64,000 nt of DNA from an uncultured Desulfobacter sp. (GCA_963665095.1 OY762069.1:6842359-6906358), one strand, 5' to 3'. Shown: positions 10,338-20,978, counted from the first letter of the stretch. A program made the numbers and translations. The notes: generated by a model not told the origin, from the sequence alone.

Positions 10338-10571
10338 CTACTCGATGATTTCCAGCACCGTACGTTTTTTCAGTTTGGTGGCTGCGGCACTCAGGATGGT
10401 TCTCATGGCTCTGGCGGATCTGCCCTGTTTGCCGATAACCTTGCCTAGGTCTTCCTTTGCCACCTTAAGTTCAAGCACGGACGTCTGGTCTCCGGTCACT
10501 TCTGATACCAGGACCTCATCAGGATTGTCTACCAATGCCTTTGCAATGTATTCAATCATATCTTTCATCAA
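10338..10571 (-). CDS. khpA: KH-domain RNA-binding protein (UPF0109)
   Basis: [18 protein letters not shown]; conserved position after rpsP. Confidence 0.93.
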   Translation of the reverse strand: MMKDMIEYIAKALVDNPDEVLVSEVTGDQTSVLELKVAKEDLGKVIGKQGRSARAMRTILSAAATKLKKRTVLEIIE

Positions 10572-10648
10572 ATCATCTCCTTTTCACTGGAATAAAGGCA
10601 ATACGGGCGATTTGTCCCTGGTGGGGCGGTCCTTGCCGTTGCGACTCC

Positions 10649-10903
10649 TTACGCTGGAACGCTGGGTGTTTCCTGTTTTTTAAGAATGCTTTTAACTGTT
10701 GTGGTCGGCCTGGCACCCTGTTCCAGCCAGTATTGAACCCGGTCCTGCTTCAGGGTGATGACGACAGGGTCCTGCATGGGATCATAGGTTCCTATGGCTT
10801 CAAGAAATTTGCCATCTCTCGGGGCCTGCACATCAGCGGCAACGATTCTGTAAAAGGGTTTCTTTTTGGTGCCTTTACGGGTAAGTCTTAATTTTACTGC
10901 CAT
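10649..10903 (-). CDS. rpsP: 30S ribosomal protein S16
   Basis: [23 protein letters not shown]...RDGKFLE..GTYDP. Confidence 0.99.
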   Translation of the reverse strand: MAVKLRLTRKGTKKKPFYRIVAADVQAPRDGKFLEAIGTYDPMQDPVVITLKQDRVQYWLEQGARPTTTVKSILKKQETPSVPA

Positions 10904-10919
10904 GGTCTTTGTTGTCTCC

Positions 10920-12245
10920 TTAAAACGGCAGCATGCCCCGAAGGGATTTCATGCCGCCTTTATTAAATTTCTTCACCATTTTCATGGACTGGGTATAGCT
11001 TTTAAGCAGTTTATTGACATCCTGAACCGTCGTTCCGGAACCCGCCGCAATTCTTTTTTTACGTGACGCTTTGATAATTGCGTGCTTGGTTCTTTCCTCC
11101 GGGGTCATGGAGTTAATAATTGCTTCAATTTTAACAAATTCCTTATCACTGATGTTCAGATCCTTGAGCATTTTGTTGTTTACCCCGGGCAGCATACCTA
11201 AAAGATCCTTGATGGATCCCATTTTTTTTACCGACTGCATCTGATTTTTAAAATCTTCCAGGGTAAACTGGTTCTTTCTCAGCTTTTTTTCAAGGGCCTG
11301 GGCCTCTTTCTGGTCAACGGCCTCAACGGCTTTTTCAATAAAGGAGAGCGTATCTCCCATCCCCAATATCCTTGAGGCCATCCGGTCCGGATAAAAGGGT
11401 TCAAGTGCCGTTGTTTTTTCACCCACACCAATGAACTTCAACGGCTTACCGGTAACAGCTTTGATGGAAAGCGCCGCTCCACCGCGGGCATCACCATCCA
11501 TTTTGGTCAGAACAAAGCCTGAAAGATCCAGGCGTCTGTCAAACTCACCGGCAATGTTCACTGCATCCTGCCCGGTCATGGCATCTGCCACCAGCAGAAT
11601 TTCGGCCGGGTTTATGCCCTTTTTGATCTCATCAAGCTCACTCATGAGCGCATCATCTAAATGAAGCCGGCCTGCCGTATCAAGCAGGATGGTATCGCAT
11701 CCCAACTCTCTGGCGGACAGTTTAGCATCCTGGCAGATTTTTAACGGTTTCATGTCGGTTGTAGATGCAAATACCGGCACCTCTATCTGTTTGCCAAGCT
11801 TGGTCAGCTGGTCAATGGCGGCCGGTCGGTATACATCCACAGGCACAAGATAGGGTTTTCTGCCAATTTTACGTAAAAAGCGCGCAAGCTTTCCGGCAGT
11901 GGTGGTTTTACCAGACCCCTGCAAGCCCACCAGCATGATTGATGTTGCCCCGGTGGCGGCGAAGTTCAATTCCTGGTGGCTTGACCCCATCATTTTTGTA
12001 AATTCTTCATTTACAATTTTGATGACCTGCTGGCCGGGTGTCAGGCTCTGCATGACCTCCTGGCCAAGGGCTCGGGTCTTTATATCTGAAATGACATTTT
12101 TTGCAACCTTATAATTGACATCCGCTTCGAGAAGTGCCATCCTGACTTGTTTTAAGCCGTCTTCAATGTTCTTCTCTGTAAGGGTTCCATGCCCTTTCAG
12201 CTTTTTAAAAACAGAATCCAGCCGGTCACTTAGGTTGTCAAACAT
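10920..12245 (-). CDS. ffh: Signal recognition particle protein
   Basis: [31 protein letters not shown], Met-rich M domain. Confidence 0.99.
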   Translation of the reverse strand: MFDNLSDRLDSVFKKLKGHGTLTEKNIEDGLKQVRMALLEADVNYKVAKNVISDIKTRALGQEVMQSLTPGQQVIKIVNEEFTKMMGSSHQELNFAATGATSIMLVGLQGSGKTTTAGKLARFLRKIGRKPYLVPVDVYRPAAIDQLTKLGKQIEVPVFASTTDMKPLKICQDAKLSARELGCDTILLDTAGRLHLDDALMSELDEIKKGINPAEILLVADAMTGQDAVNIAGEFDRRLDLSGFVLTKMDGDARGGAALSIKAVTGKPLKFIGVGEKTTALEPFYPDRMASRILGMGDTLSFIEKAVEAVDQKEAQALEKKLRKNQFTLEDFKNQMQSVKKMGSIKDLLGMLPGVNNKMLKDLNISDKEFVKIEAIINSMTPEERTKHAIIKASRKKRIAAGSGTTVQDVNKLLKSYTQSMKMVKKFNKGGMKSLRGMLPF

Positions 12246-12342
12246 ATCCGAAATCAGCCTTTCAGTGTCAAATCAAATCATTGAATTTAAAAAATAATCC
12301 GTGTAATGTCAAGAAAATAATAAAAAAATGCAGGTGCCTGAC

Positions 12343-13383
12343 ATGGAGAATATACTTGATTTTTCCCGGGAAGAGCTGGGTAAATGGTTTGAAAATAAAG
12401 GGATTCGACGGTTCAGAGCTGACCAGGTGTTCAAGTGGCTCTACCTGAAACTGGCAGGTGAATTCGATGAGATGACGGATCTTGGCAAGGAGTTGCGCCG
12501 TGTGTTGAACGAGCATTTCTCCATCGGATCTCTTTGTCTTGAAAATATGGAGCGCTCCCGAGACACCACCGAAAAATTTTTACACCGGCTTTCCGACGGG
12601 GAGTATGTGGAAAGTGTGCTTATTCCGGAAAAGGATCACTTTACCCTGTGTGTCTCCTCCCAGGCCGGATGTGCCATGAACTGTCAATTCTGCCTGACGG
12701 CAAAAGGCGGGTTCAGGCGGAATCTGACCACAGGGGAGATTGTCGGCCAGGTCCGGGATGCCCGTCGCCATGTCAAACAGATGGGGATAGATCCCTTGAA
12801 GCTGTCCAATATCGTTTTCATGGGCATGGGGGAACCTTTGGCGAACTATAACAATGTACTGCGGTCTCTGGAGGTGATCCTTGATCACGATTTTGGACTG
12901 AAGTTTTCCAATCGCAGGGTAACGGTCTCCACCTCAGGGCTTGTGCCTCAGATTATTCAGCTGGGACGGGATTCGGACGTAAACCTTGCGGTCTCCCTGA
13001 ATGCCACGGACAATGACCTTCGGTCAACGCTTATGCCTGTCAACCGTACCTGGTCCATTGAAACCCTTCTGGATGCCTGCAGGCAGTTCAGCATGAAGCC
13101 CCGGGACAAGATTACCTTTGAATATATTCTGATGAGCGGGATAAATGACAGTGATGCCCATGCCAAAAGGTTGGCACGCCTGCTTGCCCCCATCCGGGCG
13201 AAAGTGAATCTTATTCCCTTTAACGAACACGCCGGTGCGCCGTTTAAACGCCCGTCAAAACAGAGAATCGATGCATTTTTAACCATTCTGTTAGACCGGA
13301 ACATGACCGCCATTGTCCGCAAAAGCAAGGGGGATGACATCTCTGCTGCCTGCGGGCAGCTTAAGGCCGCCCAGAAACAGTGA
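12343..13383 (+). CDS. rlmN: 23S rRNA/tRNA m2A methyltransferase (radical SAM); alternative start 12328
   Basis: SSQAGCAMNCQFC, MGMGEPL, DISAACGQL. Confidence 0.97.
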   Translation: MENILDFSREELGKWFENKGIRRFRADQVFKWLYLKLAGEFDEMTDLGKELRRVLNEHFSIGSLCLENMERSRDTTEKFLHRLSDGEYVESVLIPEKDHFTLCVSSQAGCAMNCQFCLTAKGGFRRNLTTGEIVGQVRDARRHVKQMGIDPLKLSNIVFMGMGEPLANYNNVLRSLEVILDHDFGLKFSNRRVTVSTSGLVPQIIQLGRDSDVNLAVSLNATDNDLRSTLMPVNRTWSIETLLDACRQFSMKPRDKITFEYILMSGINDSDAHAKRLARLLAPIRAKVNLIPFNEHAGAPFKRPSKQRIDAFLTILLDRNMTAIVRKSKGDDISAACGQLKAAQKQ

Positions 13384-13409
13384 GCCCATGCGTATACTGA
13401 AATTGAAGT

Positions 13410-14420
13410 TCAGGGTGTCTGTATTAAAAGCGGATGAAATGTGCCGGGTTCAGGGACCACTACCTCTATTTCCCGGAGATCCTGATCATTAAATATGCAG
13501 ATTCTGGAAAGGCTTCCCGGGGCAGCCTTGGTGTAGCCCGCCGTGATCCTGGCTGCCGTGTGGATAGCTGTTTCAGATGCCTTGCCTAAAAACAGGGCAT
13601 CCGGCCCCGGCAGATGGGCGCTTCGCAGCCGGATATGGGTTTTGGGGTCATAAAGATTCATGATTCGTTTGTTTTCCCCCTTGTTCCGCCCTACCGTCAA
13701 CTTGGATGTGCTGTCTATCCTGAAGTGCCGGCCATACCTGAGCAGGTGGAGCTGGCTCGGTTCTTCACAGTTTTGAATAAATAAAAGATCCCGCAATCTC
13801 TGGGAATACCCCTTGTCCGTCAAAAGACAGCCGCCCGCAGGGGAGGGGAATTCTTTGATGCCATACTGTTTTGCCATCTCTGTCTGGATCTTTCTGCCCC
13901 GGCCGGAGATGGTAAGAAGTCTGCTTCTGTCCACCAGTCCTTTCTGTTCTGCCATGGTTTCGGGCAGAATACCTGCGCTCAACGGCCGCAGGATATACCC
14001 GTCAAATCCGGAGTTTTTTTCCACATACCGCAATGCATTTTTGGTCTGGGATTTAGGGCGCTGGCCCGCCACTTCCCCTGAAAAAAGAAAGTCTGCCCCA
14101 AGTTCCTGCATCATGGCCCCGGCTGTTGCAAACATCATGGCATGGCAGTCCATGCACGGGTTCATGTTTTTTCCAAATCCTGCCTTTGGGGCTTTCATCA
14201 TCTGCATATAGGTGTCAGTGATATCCTTTACAATCAAAGGAATCCCAGTTTGTTCAGATGCTTTCCTGGCTGCTTTGGCATCAAAAAAAGGGGTCTCAAA
14301 GCTGACCCAGATCACATCAATATTCTGATCTTTAAGCACCAGGGCTGCCAGCATGCTGTCCAGTCCACCTGAGCAAAGCCCTAAGGCCCTGACCTGTCTT
14401 GAGGTTTTATCTGTGTTCAT
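13410..14420 (-). CDS. PP-loop tRNA-modifying protein (ThiI/MnmA-like N-terminus, DUF814-like C-terminus)
   Basis: SGGLDS PP-loop, NPCMDC, GEVAGQRP, PAGGCLLT, GRHFR. Confidence 0.85.
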   Translation of the reverse strand: MNTDKTSRQVRALGLCSGGLDSMLAALVLKDQNIDVIWVSFETPFFDAKAARKASEQTGIPLIVKDITDTYMQMMKAPKAGFGKNMNPCMDCHAMMFATAGAMMQELGADFLFSGEVAGQRPKSQTKNALRYVEKNSGFDGYILRPLSAGILPETMAEQKGLVDRSRLLTISGRGRKIQTEMAKQYGIKEFPSPAGGCLLTDKGYSQRLRDLLFIQNCEEPSQLHLLRYGRHFRIDSTSKLTVGRNKGENKRIMNLYDPKTHIRLRSAHLPGPDALFLGKASETAIHTAARITAGYTKAAPGSLSRICIFNDQDLREIEVVVPEPGTFHPLLIQTP

Positions 14421-14435
14421 ATATAACTTTACGGT

Positions 14436-15074
14436 ATGGAAAATGACTCCAAAAAAATTGAGTTGCTCATCAAGAGGCTAAAGGCGCACTATCCGGTTGT
14501 CAATACTCAGCTTCAACACAACACACCGTTTCAGCTCCTGATCGCCACCATCCTGTCTGCCCAGTGTACGGATAATCAGGTAAATAAGGTGACAAAAGAG
14601 CTGTTTGTCCGCTATCCGGACTCGGCTTCCCTTGCCGCAGCCTCTCTGGAAGATATAAAAAAAATAATTTTTTCCACCGGCTTTTACAACAACAAGGCCA
14701 AAAATATCAAGGCCTGTGCTATAAAAGTTGACAAAGAGTTTAATGGTGAGGTGCCCCGGGGTATTGATGACTTAACCGGACTTCCCGGTGTGGGGAGAAA
14801 AACCGCCAATGTGGTCAGATCGGTGAGTTTTGGCATGCAGACCATTGTGGTGGACACGCACGTTCACAGAGTTTCAAGGCGTTTGGGACTTACGGATCAG
14901 AAAGATCCGGTGAAAGTTGAGTTTGAATTGATGGAAAAACTGCCCCAGTCTGTCTGGAATGATATCGGACTTCAACTCATCTATTTGGGCCGGCAGATCT
15001 GCCATGCCAGAAAGCCTGAGTGTGAAAACTGCTTTTTAAGGGATCTGTGTCCGGTTAAGGATTGCCTTTGTTAG
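14436..15074 (+). CDS. nth: Endonuclease III
   Basis: LSAQCTD, HhH LPGVGRKTA, VDTHV, Fe-S motif CHARKPECENCFLRDLC. Confidence 0.97.
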   Translation: MENDSKKIELLIKRLKAHYPVVNTQLQHNTPFQLLIATILSAQCTDNQVNKVTKELFVRYPDSASLAAASLEDIKKIIFSTGFYNNKAKNIKACAIKVDKEFNGEVPRGIDDLTGLPGVGRKTANVVRSVSFGMQTIVVDTHVHRVSRRLGLTDQKDPVKVEFELMEKLPQSVWNDIGLQLIYLGRQICHARKPECENCFLRDLCPVKDCLC

Positions 15075-15376
15075 AAAAAAAGGACATTGTCGCAGCCCAG
15101 TGGGGCAATCGGGTGGCAGGGAAATCAGTGGATTCGGCCAAGATCCGCCCCGAGATTTATAGGTCCTGGATCCAGTGCCGGACAAGGGACGTTGATCCCT
15201 TTGGTGACATTACCCGTAATCCTGACGTTGACGGGCTTCGTGCTCGTTCAACCGAGCTTGTGGAAGCCATGCAGGGCTTTCATGCCGGATGGAGAAAGTC
15301 AGGTATTGGCGGAGCTGACGGCAAGCACGGGTTGATGGAGTATCTCCAGACCCATGTGGCCTATATTCAGTATTAA
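15062..15376 (+). pseudogene. Chimeric remnant: AcoR-like sigma-54 activator N-terminus fused in frame to an aldehyde dehydrogenase (AldA-like) C-terminus
   Basis: IRPEIYRSWIQCRTRDVDP (AcoR-type N-terminal pattern) followed by EAMQGFHAGWRKSGIGGADGKHGLMEYLQTH, which closely resembles the E. coli AldA C-terminus. Confidence 0.75.
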
Positions 15377-15443
15377 ATATCAGTTTGCTTAACGGTTTAC
15401 CTGCTGCACGTTGTTAGTGTCTGAACGAAAACTAACATGTTTT

Positions 15444-15555
15444 GTGTTTGGACGAAAAGTTGCCCAGATGCAAGGCACGCAAGCGTACTTCAGTACGTGA
15501 GGATTGCAGCTTTGTGCAGCAACGGCCGCAGGTGGGTGACTTTTCGGTCAAACAC
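15444..15555. repeat. MITE/REP-like element with ~23-bp imperfect terminal inverted repeats
   Basis: GTGTTTGGACGAAAAGTTGCCCA ... TGGGTGACTTTTCGGTCAAACAC; internal palindrome CGTACTTCAGTACG; related copy at ~33889. Confidence 0.75.
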
Positions 15556-15567
15556 TATTTAAACTGC

Positions 15568-15600
15568 GGGGCCTGTCCCGGGGCAGGGGGCAGGCCCTTT
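15568..15600. terminator. GC-rich hairpin between convergent units
   Basis: GGGCCTGTCCC / GGGGCAGGCCC followed by TTTT. Confidence 0.55.
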
Positions 15601-15624
15601 TACTCCATCGCAATATAACCAGAT

Positions 15625-18600
15625 CTATTCGTTGTGTGTTTTCTGCTTCTTGATTACCTCAAGGGCTTCCTTGAACTGGTATTTTTCAATCAGCGCTTTG
15701 AGCATCTCTATCAGGTTGCGGTCCTCGGGATTAAGCCGTGCATCGTCAAGTACTTCAAGTACTGGGTTGATTTTCTGGGGCCGGCGTTTTTCAATGGCGG
15801 CTGTCAGGTCTGCCAGTAATTTGTCCCGGGCTTCAGTTGATATGGTCTTTTTATTGATATAACTGTCCTGGTCTTTGTATATCGGACTGCTCTTGATTTC
15901 AGCAAGGATCTTTTTGAGTTCATGTTCAAGGGGCTGCAGGAGCAGGTCATCCAAAGTTTCATTGAACTGTTCTGCAATTTTATGAAGGGTATGTGCCCCA
16001 ATATTGGCAGACAATCCTTTGAGGGTGTGTGCGATACGTTCCGCTTCTTCTTTGTCGGTGTCAAGCAGGGTGTAAAGTGTTGCCGGGATGTTTTCGTATT
16101 CGGAAACAAAGTTTCTGAGCACCTTGGCATACAGAACCCTGTCCCCCATCATGTGCCGCAGACCGGCGCGAACATCTAAGGTCCTGAATTTCGGCAAAGG
16201 CTCCTCTGAATGGTTCTCGGCCTCTAAATCCCTTGCCCGGCATTTTTTCGGAATGTACTTCAGCAGATTTAAAAACAGGCTGTCTACATTAATAGGTTTG
16301 GCGATATGTTCGTTGGCACCGATTTCAAGGGCTCTTTCCACATCTGTGGCCATGGCATTGGCTGTCAGTGCAATAATAGGTACATCCGAATCCTTTTCCC
16401 TGATCAGACTGATTGCCTCATAGCCGTCCATTACAGGCATCTGGATATCCATCAGGATCAGTTCGTATTTATCTTTGGACTGTTGATGCAGGTTCACCGC
16501 CATCTGTCCGTCACAGGCCTCATCAATAACAATGCCACTGTGCTCCAGCATCCCGCATATGATTTCCCGGTTGATGGGATTGTCCTCCACGAGCAAAATG
16601 GTGGAACCCGAAAGGCTTGTCAGCTCATTTTTGAGTTTGACCGAATCAACATCCTTCTGGTACTTGTTTTTAAAGCCCACGCCGGAAAATATTTCCAAAA
16701 GAAGGTTATATAGGCTGGAGGGATTGATGGGTTTGGTCAGAAAGGCTCGGATCTCTTTTTCCGTTGCCTCGCTCATCACCGTTTCCTTATGGTAGGCCGA
16801 AACCATGATAATGGTTGCAGGCTGGTGTCCTTGGCAGCAGGCATTAATGGTTTTTGCCGTATCAAGGCCGTTGAGGTCAGGCATGTGCCAGTCCATAAGT
16901 ATCAGGTCATAATTTTCATGGTCCCGGCAGATTTTGGCAATGGCTTTCTGGCCGTTACTCATTACCTCGGCTTTAATGCCGAACTGGTGTATCATCCTTT
17001 GCAGAATGGCGCGCCATGTGGCACTGTCATCGACAATTAATATTTTTTTGTTGCTGAACGGCGCGATTCCTTCCGTCTGGCTGGACTGCTCTCCAAGCCT
17101 AATTTCAAAAATAAACGACGTGCCTTTGCCGAACTGGCTTTCCACCCAGATTTTTCCGTCCATCATCTCCACCAGGCGTTTGGAGATGGTCAGTCCTAAA
17201 CCGGTACCGCCATATTTACGGGTGGTGGACAGGTCCGCCTGGGAAAAGGATTGAAACAGCCGGGCCTTTTGTTCCGGCGTCATACCAATTCCGGTGTCTT
17301 TTACCTCAAAACGGAAAAAGCTGTTTTCAAGCTTCTGGATGTAAATGCCCACTTCGCCTTTTTCAGTGAACTTAACGGCATTATTGACCAGGTTGGTCAG
17401 GATCTGGCCGAGCCGCAGGGGATCACCAACCAGTTTGACCGTTACAGGATTTTCATAGGATACAATGAAGTCGAGATGTTTTTCAGCCGCCTTCATTTCC
17501 ACCAGGGTGGTGACATTATCGATGACTGCTGTCAGGTCAAAATCAATATGTTCCAACTTAAGCTTGCCGGCTTCAATCTTTGAAAAATCAAGGATATCAT
17601 TGATAATGCCCAAAAGGGAGTTGGCTGATATTTCAATTTTTTCAATATAGCCTTGCTGGGCCGGGGTAAAGGTTGTCTGCTTCAGCAGATAGATCATTCC
17701 GGTGATGGCATTCATGGGGGTGCGGATTTCATGGCTCATATTGGCCAGAAACGTGCTTTTCGCTTCATTGGCTGCTTCGGCAACCTGGCGTTTTTGTTCT
17801 GCTTCGGATCGTTTGATTCGTTCGGTAATATCGATGAGATAGCCGCCGATCGCGTAATGCTCTCCATTATCATCCAAAATGGCTCTTGCCGAAACAGATA
17901 TCCATAGAATTTCTCCGCTTTTATGTTTCATCTGTACATGAACGTCTGTAACAGTGCCCTGGGCGGTCAGCTTATCAATGATCCGCTGTCTGTCATTCGG
18001 ATTGGCAAAAATATGGGCGGGAATATCCGTGGCGCCGTCAAGCAGGTCGGTGGTTGTCTCATATCCGAATATACGTGCCATTGCTGGGTTGACTTCGGTA
18101 TAACCCCCTTTCAAGGATGTCTGGAAAATTCCCTCAAATGCGTTTTCAAATAAAGATCGGTATCGTTTTTCGGCCATCCTGGACTGGGCCAGGGTCTCCT
18201 GCTGAAATTTAACCATGTCGAAGAAGGAGGTGTAAAGGAGTCGGATCTCTGTGCTCGCATCAGCGTTTATCTCAATTGTATCCTCGGGTACGGCACGTTT
18301 ACTGCGTATCTGGTTCGCCATGTCCGCTAATTTAAGCACAGGTTCAACCATGCTGGCGTTGACATACCGGGCAAAAACCAGCATGGCCAGGATAAAAAAT
18401 CCCATAATAATGGCAAAAATCGTCAGAAAAAATTGAAAGGGCTTTCTGGCTGCCTCCAGACTTGAAAGCAGTATACAGGTAAACTGGTGGCTGTTGACAG
18501 ACTGGGGTAGCTGAATATCAGCGGCCATGTAAGTTGCTGTTTTTTGATCAATTTTAAGGGAAATTTCCCGGATAATGTTATCCTGATGGGAGATTGGCGG

Positions 18601-19248
18601 ATATACAACACCTTCAAGCCAGGTTGATGCGGCCACAACCTCCTCTGGTCCGAGAATGGCAATGCCCAGCTGGCCGGGATTGCTCATTTCCACAACAGAA
18701 TCGACTGGAGGGAACGCGGCGCTGGTGATAAGGGTTCCCACCTGCGTTTCATTGTCGGTGATCAGGGCTGTATTGACCACGAACAAGTGGCCCCGGTAGG
18801 TCATGTACGCCGGTGTATGGCTATTGGTGGGTATAGGCGGTGGTGGGTTTGAGTGATTCTCGGGAATGGCCGTGACGATTTTACCCTTTGCGTCCAAAAG
18901 CCAGATATGATCAAAGCCGCCGTCAGATCCCATACTTTTTCGTAATATCCGGCTGGCCTGGGCCGGCAGGTCCAGATGCAGCACCACCCGTAATGCGTTC
19001 TGTTCAGCTATTTTTCGGGTCTGGTATTGCAGAAAAGCAAGATCCCGGACCATCATACTCTCAACAAAGGAGGCAGTCTGTCGCAAGTTGGAGAGAATAG
19101 ACGTACGCAGCATATGTGCGCCGGAAAAATATGCAATTAGCAGCCCCACGGCACTTACGGCACACGCAAGCCCCAGGCTGGCAAGCAGCCTGTAACGAAG
19201 TGATTTGCTATGCATGTTGCCATTAGAAAGGGGGTGTGAGCTGCTCAT
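15625..19248 (-). CDS. Hybrid sensor histidine kinase (TM, periplasmic domain, TM, HAMP, PAS, HisKA, HATPase, two REC, Hpt)
   Basis: FLANMSHEIRTPMN, NLVNNAVKFT, DTGIG, GGTGLGL, LMDWHMP, LMDIQMP, AHTLKG. Confidence 0.96.
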   Translation of the reverse strand: MSSSHPLSNGNMHSKSLRYRLLASLGLACAVSAVGLLIAYFSGAHMLRTSILSNLRQTASFVESMMVRDLAFLQYQTRKIAEQNALRVVLHLDLPAQASRILRKSMGSDGGFDHIWLLDAKGKIVTAIPENHSNPPPPIPTNSHTPAYMTYRGHLFVVNTALITDNETQVGTLITSAAFPPVDSVVEMSNPGQLGIAILGPEEVVAASTWLEGVVYPPISHQDNIIREISLKIDQKTATYMAADIQLPQSVNSHQFTCILLSSLEAARKPFQFFLTIFAIIMGFFILAMLVFARYVNASMVEPVLKLADMANQIRSKRAVPEDTIEINADASTEIRLLYTSFFDMVKFQQETLAQSRMAEKRYRSLFENAFEGIFQTSLKGGYTEVNPAMARIFGYETTTDLLDGATDIPAHIFANPNDRQRIIDKLTAQGTVTDVHVQMKHKSGEILWISVSARAILDDNGEHYAIGGYLIDITERIKRSEAEQKRQVAEAANEAKSTFLANMSHEIRTPMNAITGMIYLLKQTTFTPAQQGYIEKIEISANSLLGIINDILDFSKIEAGKLKLEHIDFDLTAVIDNVTTLVEMKAAEKHLDFIVSYENPVTVKLVGDPLRLGQILTNLVNNAVKFTEKGEVGIYIQKLENSFFRFEVKDTGIGMTPEQKARLFQSFSQADLSTTRKYGGTGLGLTISKRLVEMMDGKIWVESQFGKGTSFIFEIRLGEQSSQTEGIAPFSNKKILIVDDSATWRAILQRMIHQFGIKAEVMSNGQKAIAKICRDHENYDLILMDWHMPDLNGLDTAKTINACCQGHQPATIIMVSAYHKETVMSEATEKEIRAFLTKPINPSSLYNLLLEIFSGVGFKNKYQKDVDSVKLKNELTSLSGSTILLVEDNPINREIICGMLEHSGIVIDEACDGQMAVNLHQQSKDKYELILMDIQMPVMDGYEAISLIREKDSDVPIIALTANAMATDVERALEIGANEHIAKPINVDSLFLNLLKYIPKKCRARDLEAENHSEEPLPKFRTLDVRAGLRHMMGDRVLYAKVLRNFVSEYENIPATLYTLLDTDKEEAERIAHTLKGLSANIGAHTLHKIAEQFNETLDDLLLQPLEHELKKILAEIKSSPIYKDQDSYINKKTISTEARDKLLADLTAAIEKRRPQKINPVLEVLDDARLNPEDRNLIEMLKALIEKYQFKEALEVIKKQKTHNE

Positions 19249-19266
19249 GCGGTCTGTTAAATGGAT

Positions 19267-20349
19267 TTAAGGTTTATCTTTAAGCTCTATTTTTGTAAAA
19301 ACAGAGTCCGATGCAAGCAGAACATGTTCCGGAATGAACAATCCAAGCTCCCTGGCACGGGCAAGATTGAAAACAATGGCATAATCAGGGGCTTCCACAA
19401 TGGACAGATTACCCGGGGGCTCGCCTTCCAGAATGGCGACCACCTGTATACCGGCATGCTTTCCCATGCTTTTAAAGTCCACGGATGCCCCGCCAAACAG
19501 CCCCAGTTTGCAGAAAAAATGGTTCAAAGGGATTTCAGGCTTTTTTGAGTGGCCCAGGGTCCAGCGGAATATGCCCGGCGCTGTCACCCTGGAGCCGTCT
19601 TCCGTGGGCAGGGTCAGGGCCACAGGATAGATGGCCTGGACCGAAGCATCCTGATTCAGTTCCGTGATGAGCTTTTTGTATTCCAGAAAGGTTTTTACTC
19701 TGTGAACTTCCCATTTTACCGGCAGGCCATCGGCCGATTCAAGTTCGAACTGTTTGGTAATGGCATTGCCTGTAGGGGAGTAATCCGTGATGCCAACAAC
19801 CTTGTCAATGTTTGACAGGGTGTTCTTTATAACGGTAAGTGCCCGTTTCAGATGGAGCTTTTCGTAAACACCCGTGACGTTGTGCCCTGGATGCTCTCTT
19901 GTTTCCAAAAATTTTTTTTGCTTGTCATAATCTTCCGGCTGGCCGTTTAATCCGCAGAAAACTACTGCCATGCCGGGTCTGTCAACCAGTTCCAGGCCCA
20001 CAACACGAAACGCATTGTCATCAAGGAGGACAACTACCTGGGGGCGAAGCGCGTCTATCTCTTTTAATGCGCGTCTGCCCCGTTCCACCACAGCCTCAGG
20101 GGATGTGTAGGTCTTTTTGGTGTCCATGTAAAATTCTTTTACCGTCACCTTTTTAGGGTACAGGCCCGCATTTTTAAGCGCTTCAACCACGCCGTCCGCC
20201 TGTGGCTGGCCGCATACATGGTTTCTTTCGTAACTGTGTACGATAAGTACCAGGGGAACATCTGCACTTAAGCACAAGTCGGCAGGCAGTATCAGTGCTG
20301 ACAGGATAAAGGTCAATAGAATGGGGATGAACAATTTCACATGACCCAT
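19267..20349 (-). CDS. Periplasmic ABC-type substrate-binding-like protein, probably the sensor partner of the adjacent kinase
   Basis: Signal peptide; LIVHSY, FYMDTK, VVFCGLN, NVTGVYE, FNLARARELGL patterns; 18 bp from the kinase gene. Confidence 0.8.
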   Translation of the reverse strand: MGHVKLFIPILLTFILSALILPADLCLSADVPLVLIVHSYERNHVCGQPQADGVVEALKNAGLYPKKVTVKEFYMDTKKTYTSPEAVVERGRRALKEIDALRPQVVVLLDDNAFRVVGLELVDRPGMAVVFCGLNGQPEDYDKQKKFLETREHPGHNVTGVYEKLHLKRALTVIKNTLSNIDKVVGITDYSPTGNAITKQFELESADGLPVKWEVHRVKTFLEYKKLITELNQDASVQAIYPVALTLPTEDGSRVTAPGIFRWTLGHSKKPEIPLNHFFCKLGLFGGASVDFKSMGKHAGIQVVAILEGEPPGNLSIVEAPDYAIVFNLARARELGLFIPEHVLLASDSVFTKIELKDKP

Positions 20350-20639
20350 CTAAGTCTCCTTTAGTTAAGATAATTACATATTAAAGATCAGGCATTGGTT
20401 GAGAATAAAAAGCAAGTATGTTGTGTGAATGATCCGGGCCTCAATCGTTCGCCGCGATATACAAAGCTGACAAAGTGAATTCCTGTTAAAATTTATAAAC
20501 AAATGTCAATGACATGTCAACAAAACCCTTTTCCGGTTCTAAAACCAGAGACAAGAAAGGGGGCAGCTCTATTGGACTATCAGGTGAACGATTGGGGCTT
20601 TTGTTTGGTATCGGTATTGTTTATACAGACAAACCATAA

Positions 20640-20978
20640 TCAATTAAAATTGTTTATGAATTCAAGGACGAGACTGCACTGGGTTTCAAGGTCTGTGAAT
20701 TTATCTGTCAGCCCTTCATCTATTTTGTTTCTTCCTGCCTGCTCCAGGGTTGCGGCTGCCTGGACAGCCGGCCCTGCAGCCAGATAGCTCAGAACGCCCT
20801 TAAGTTTGTGGGCGCCATCATCTATTTCCTTGAAATCCTCGGCATCAACGGCAGCTTTTAATTGAGCCATGATGTCGGGAAAATCAATGCTAAAATCCTG
20901 GAAACACTCTTTAATAAGCTGTTTGTCCGAATTCATGATCTCGTTAAGTTCGTCAATATTAATTGGGTCAGATGACAT
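20640..20978 (-). CDS. Stand-alone Hpt (histidine phosphotransfer) protein
   Basis: AHKLKG motif in a 112-aa helical protein. Confidence 0.9.
   Translation of the reverse strand: MSSDPINIDELNEIMNSDKQLIKECFQDFSIDFPDIMAQLKAAVDAEDFKEIDDGAHKLKGVLSYLAAGPAVQAAATLEQAGRNKIDEGLTDKFTDLETQCSLVLEFINNFN

Noticed and set aside
20555..20640. Possible c-di-GMP-I riboswitch upstream of the SBP-kinase pair
   Set aside because: Only the CAAAAGCC...GAGCTGCC fragments resemble it; the GNRA-capped P2 stem and GGCAAA/GACGCAAA core are missing.
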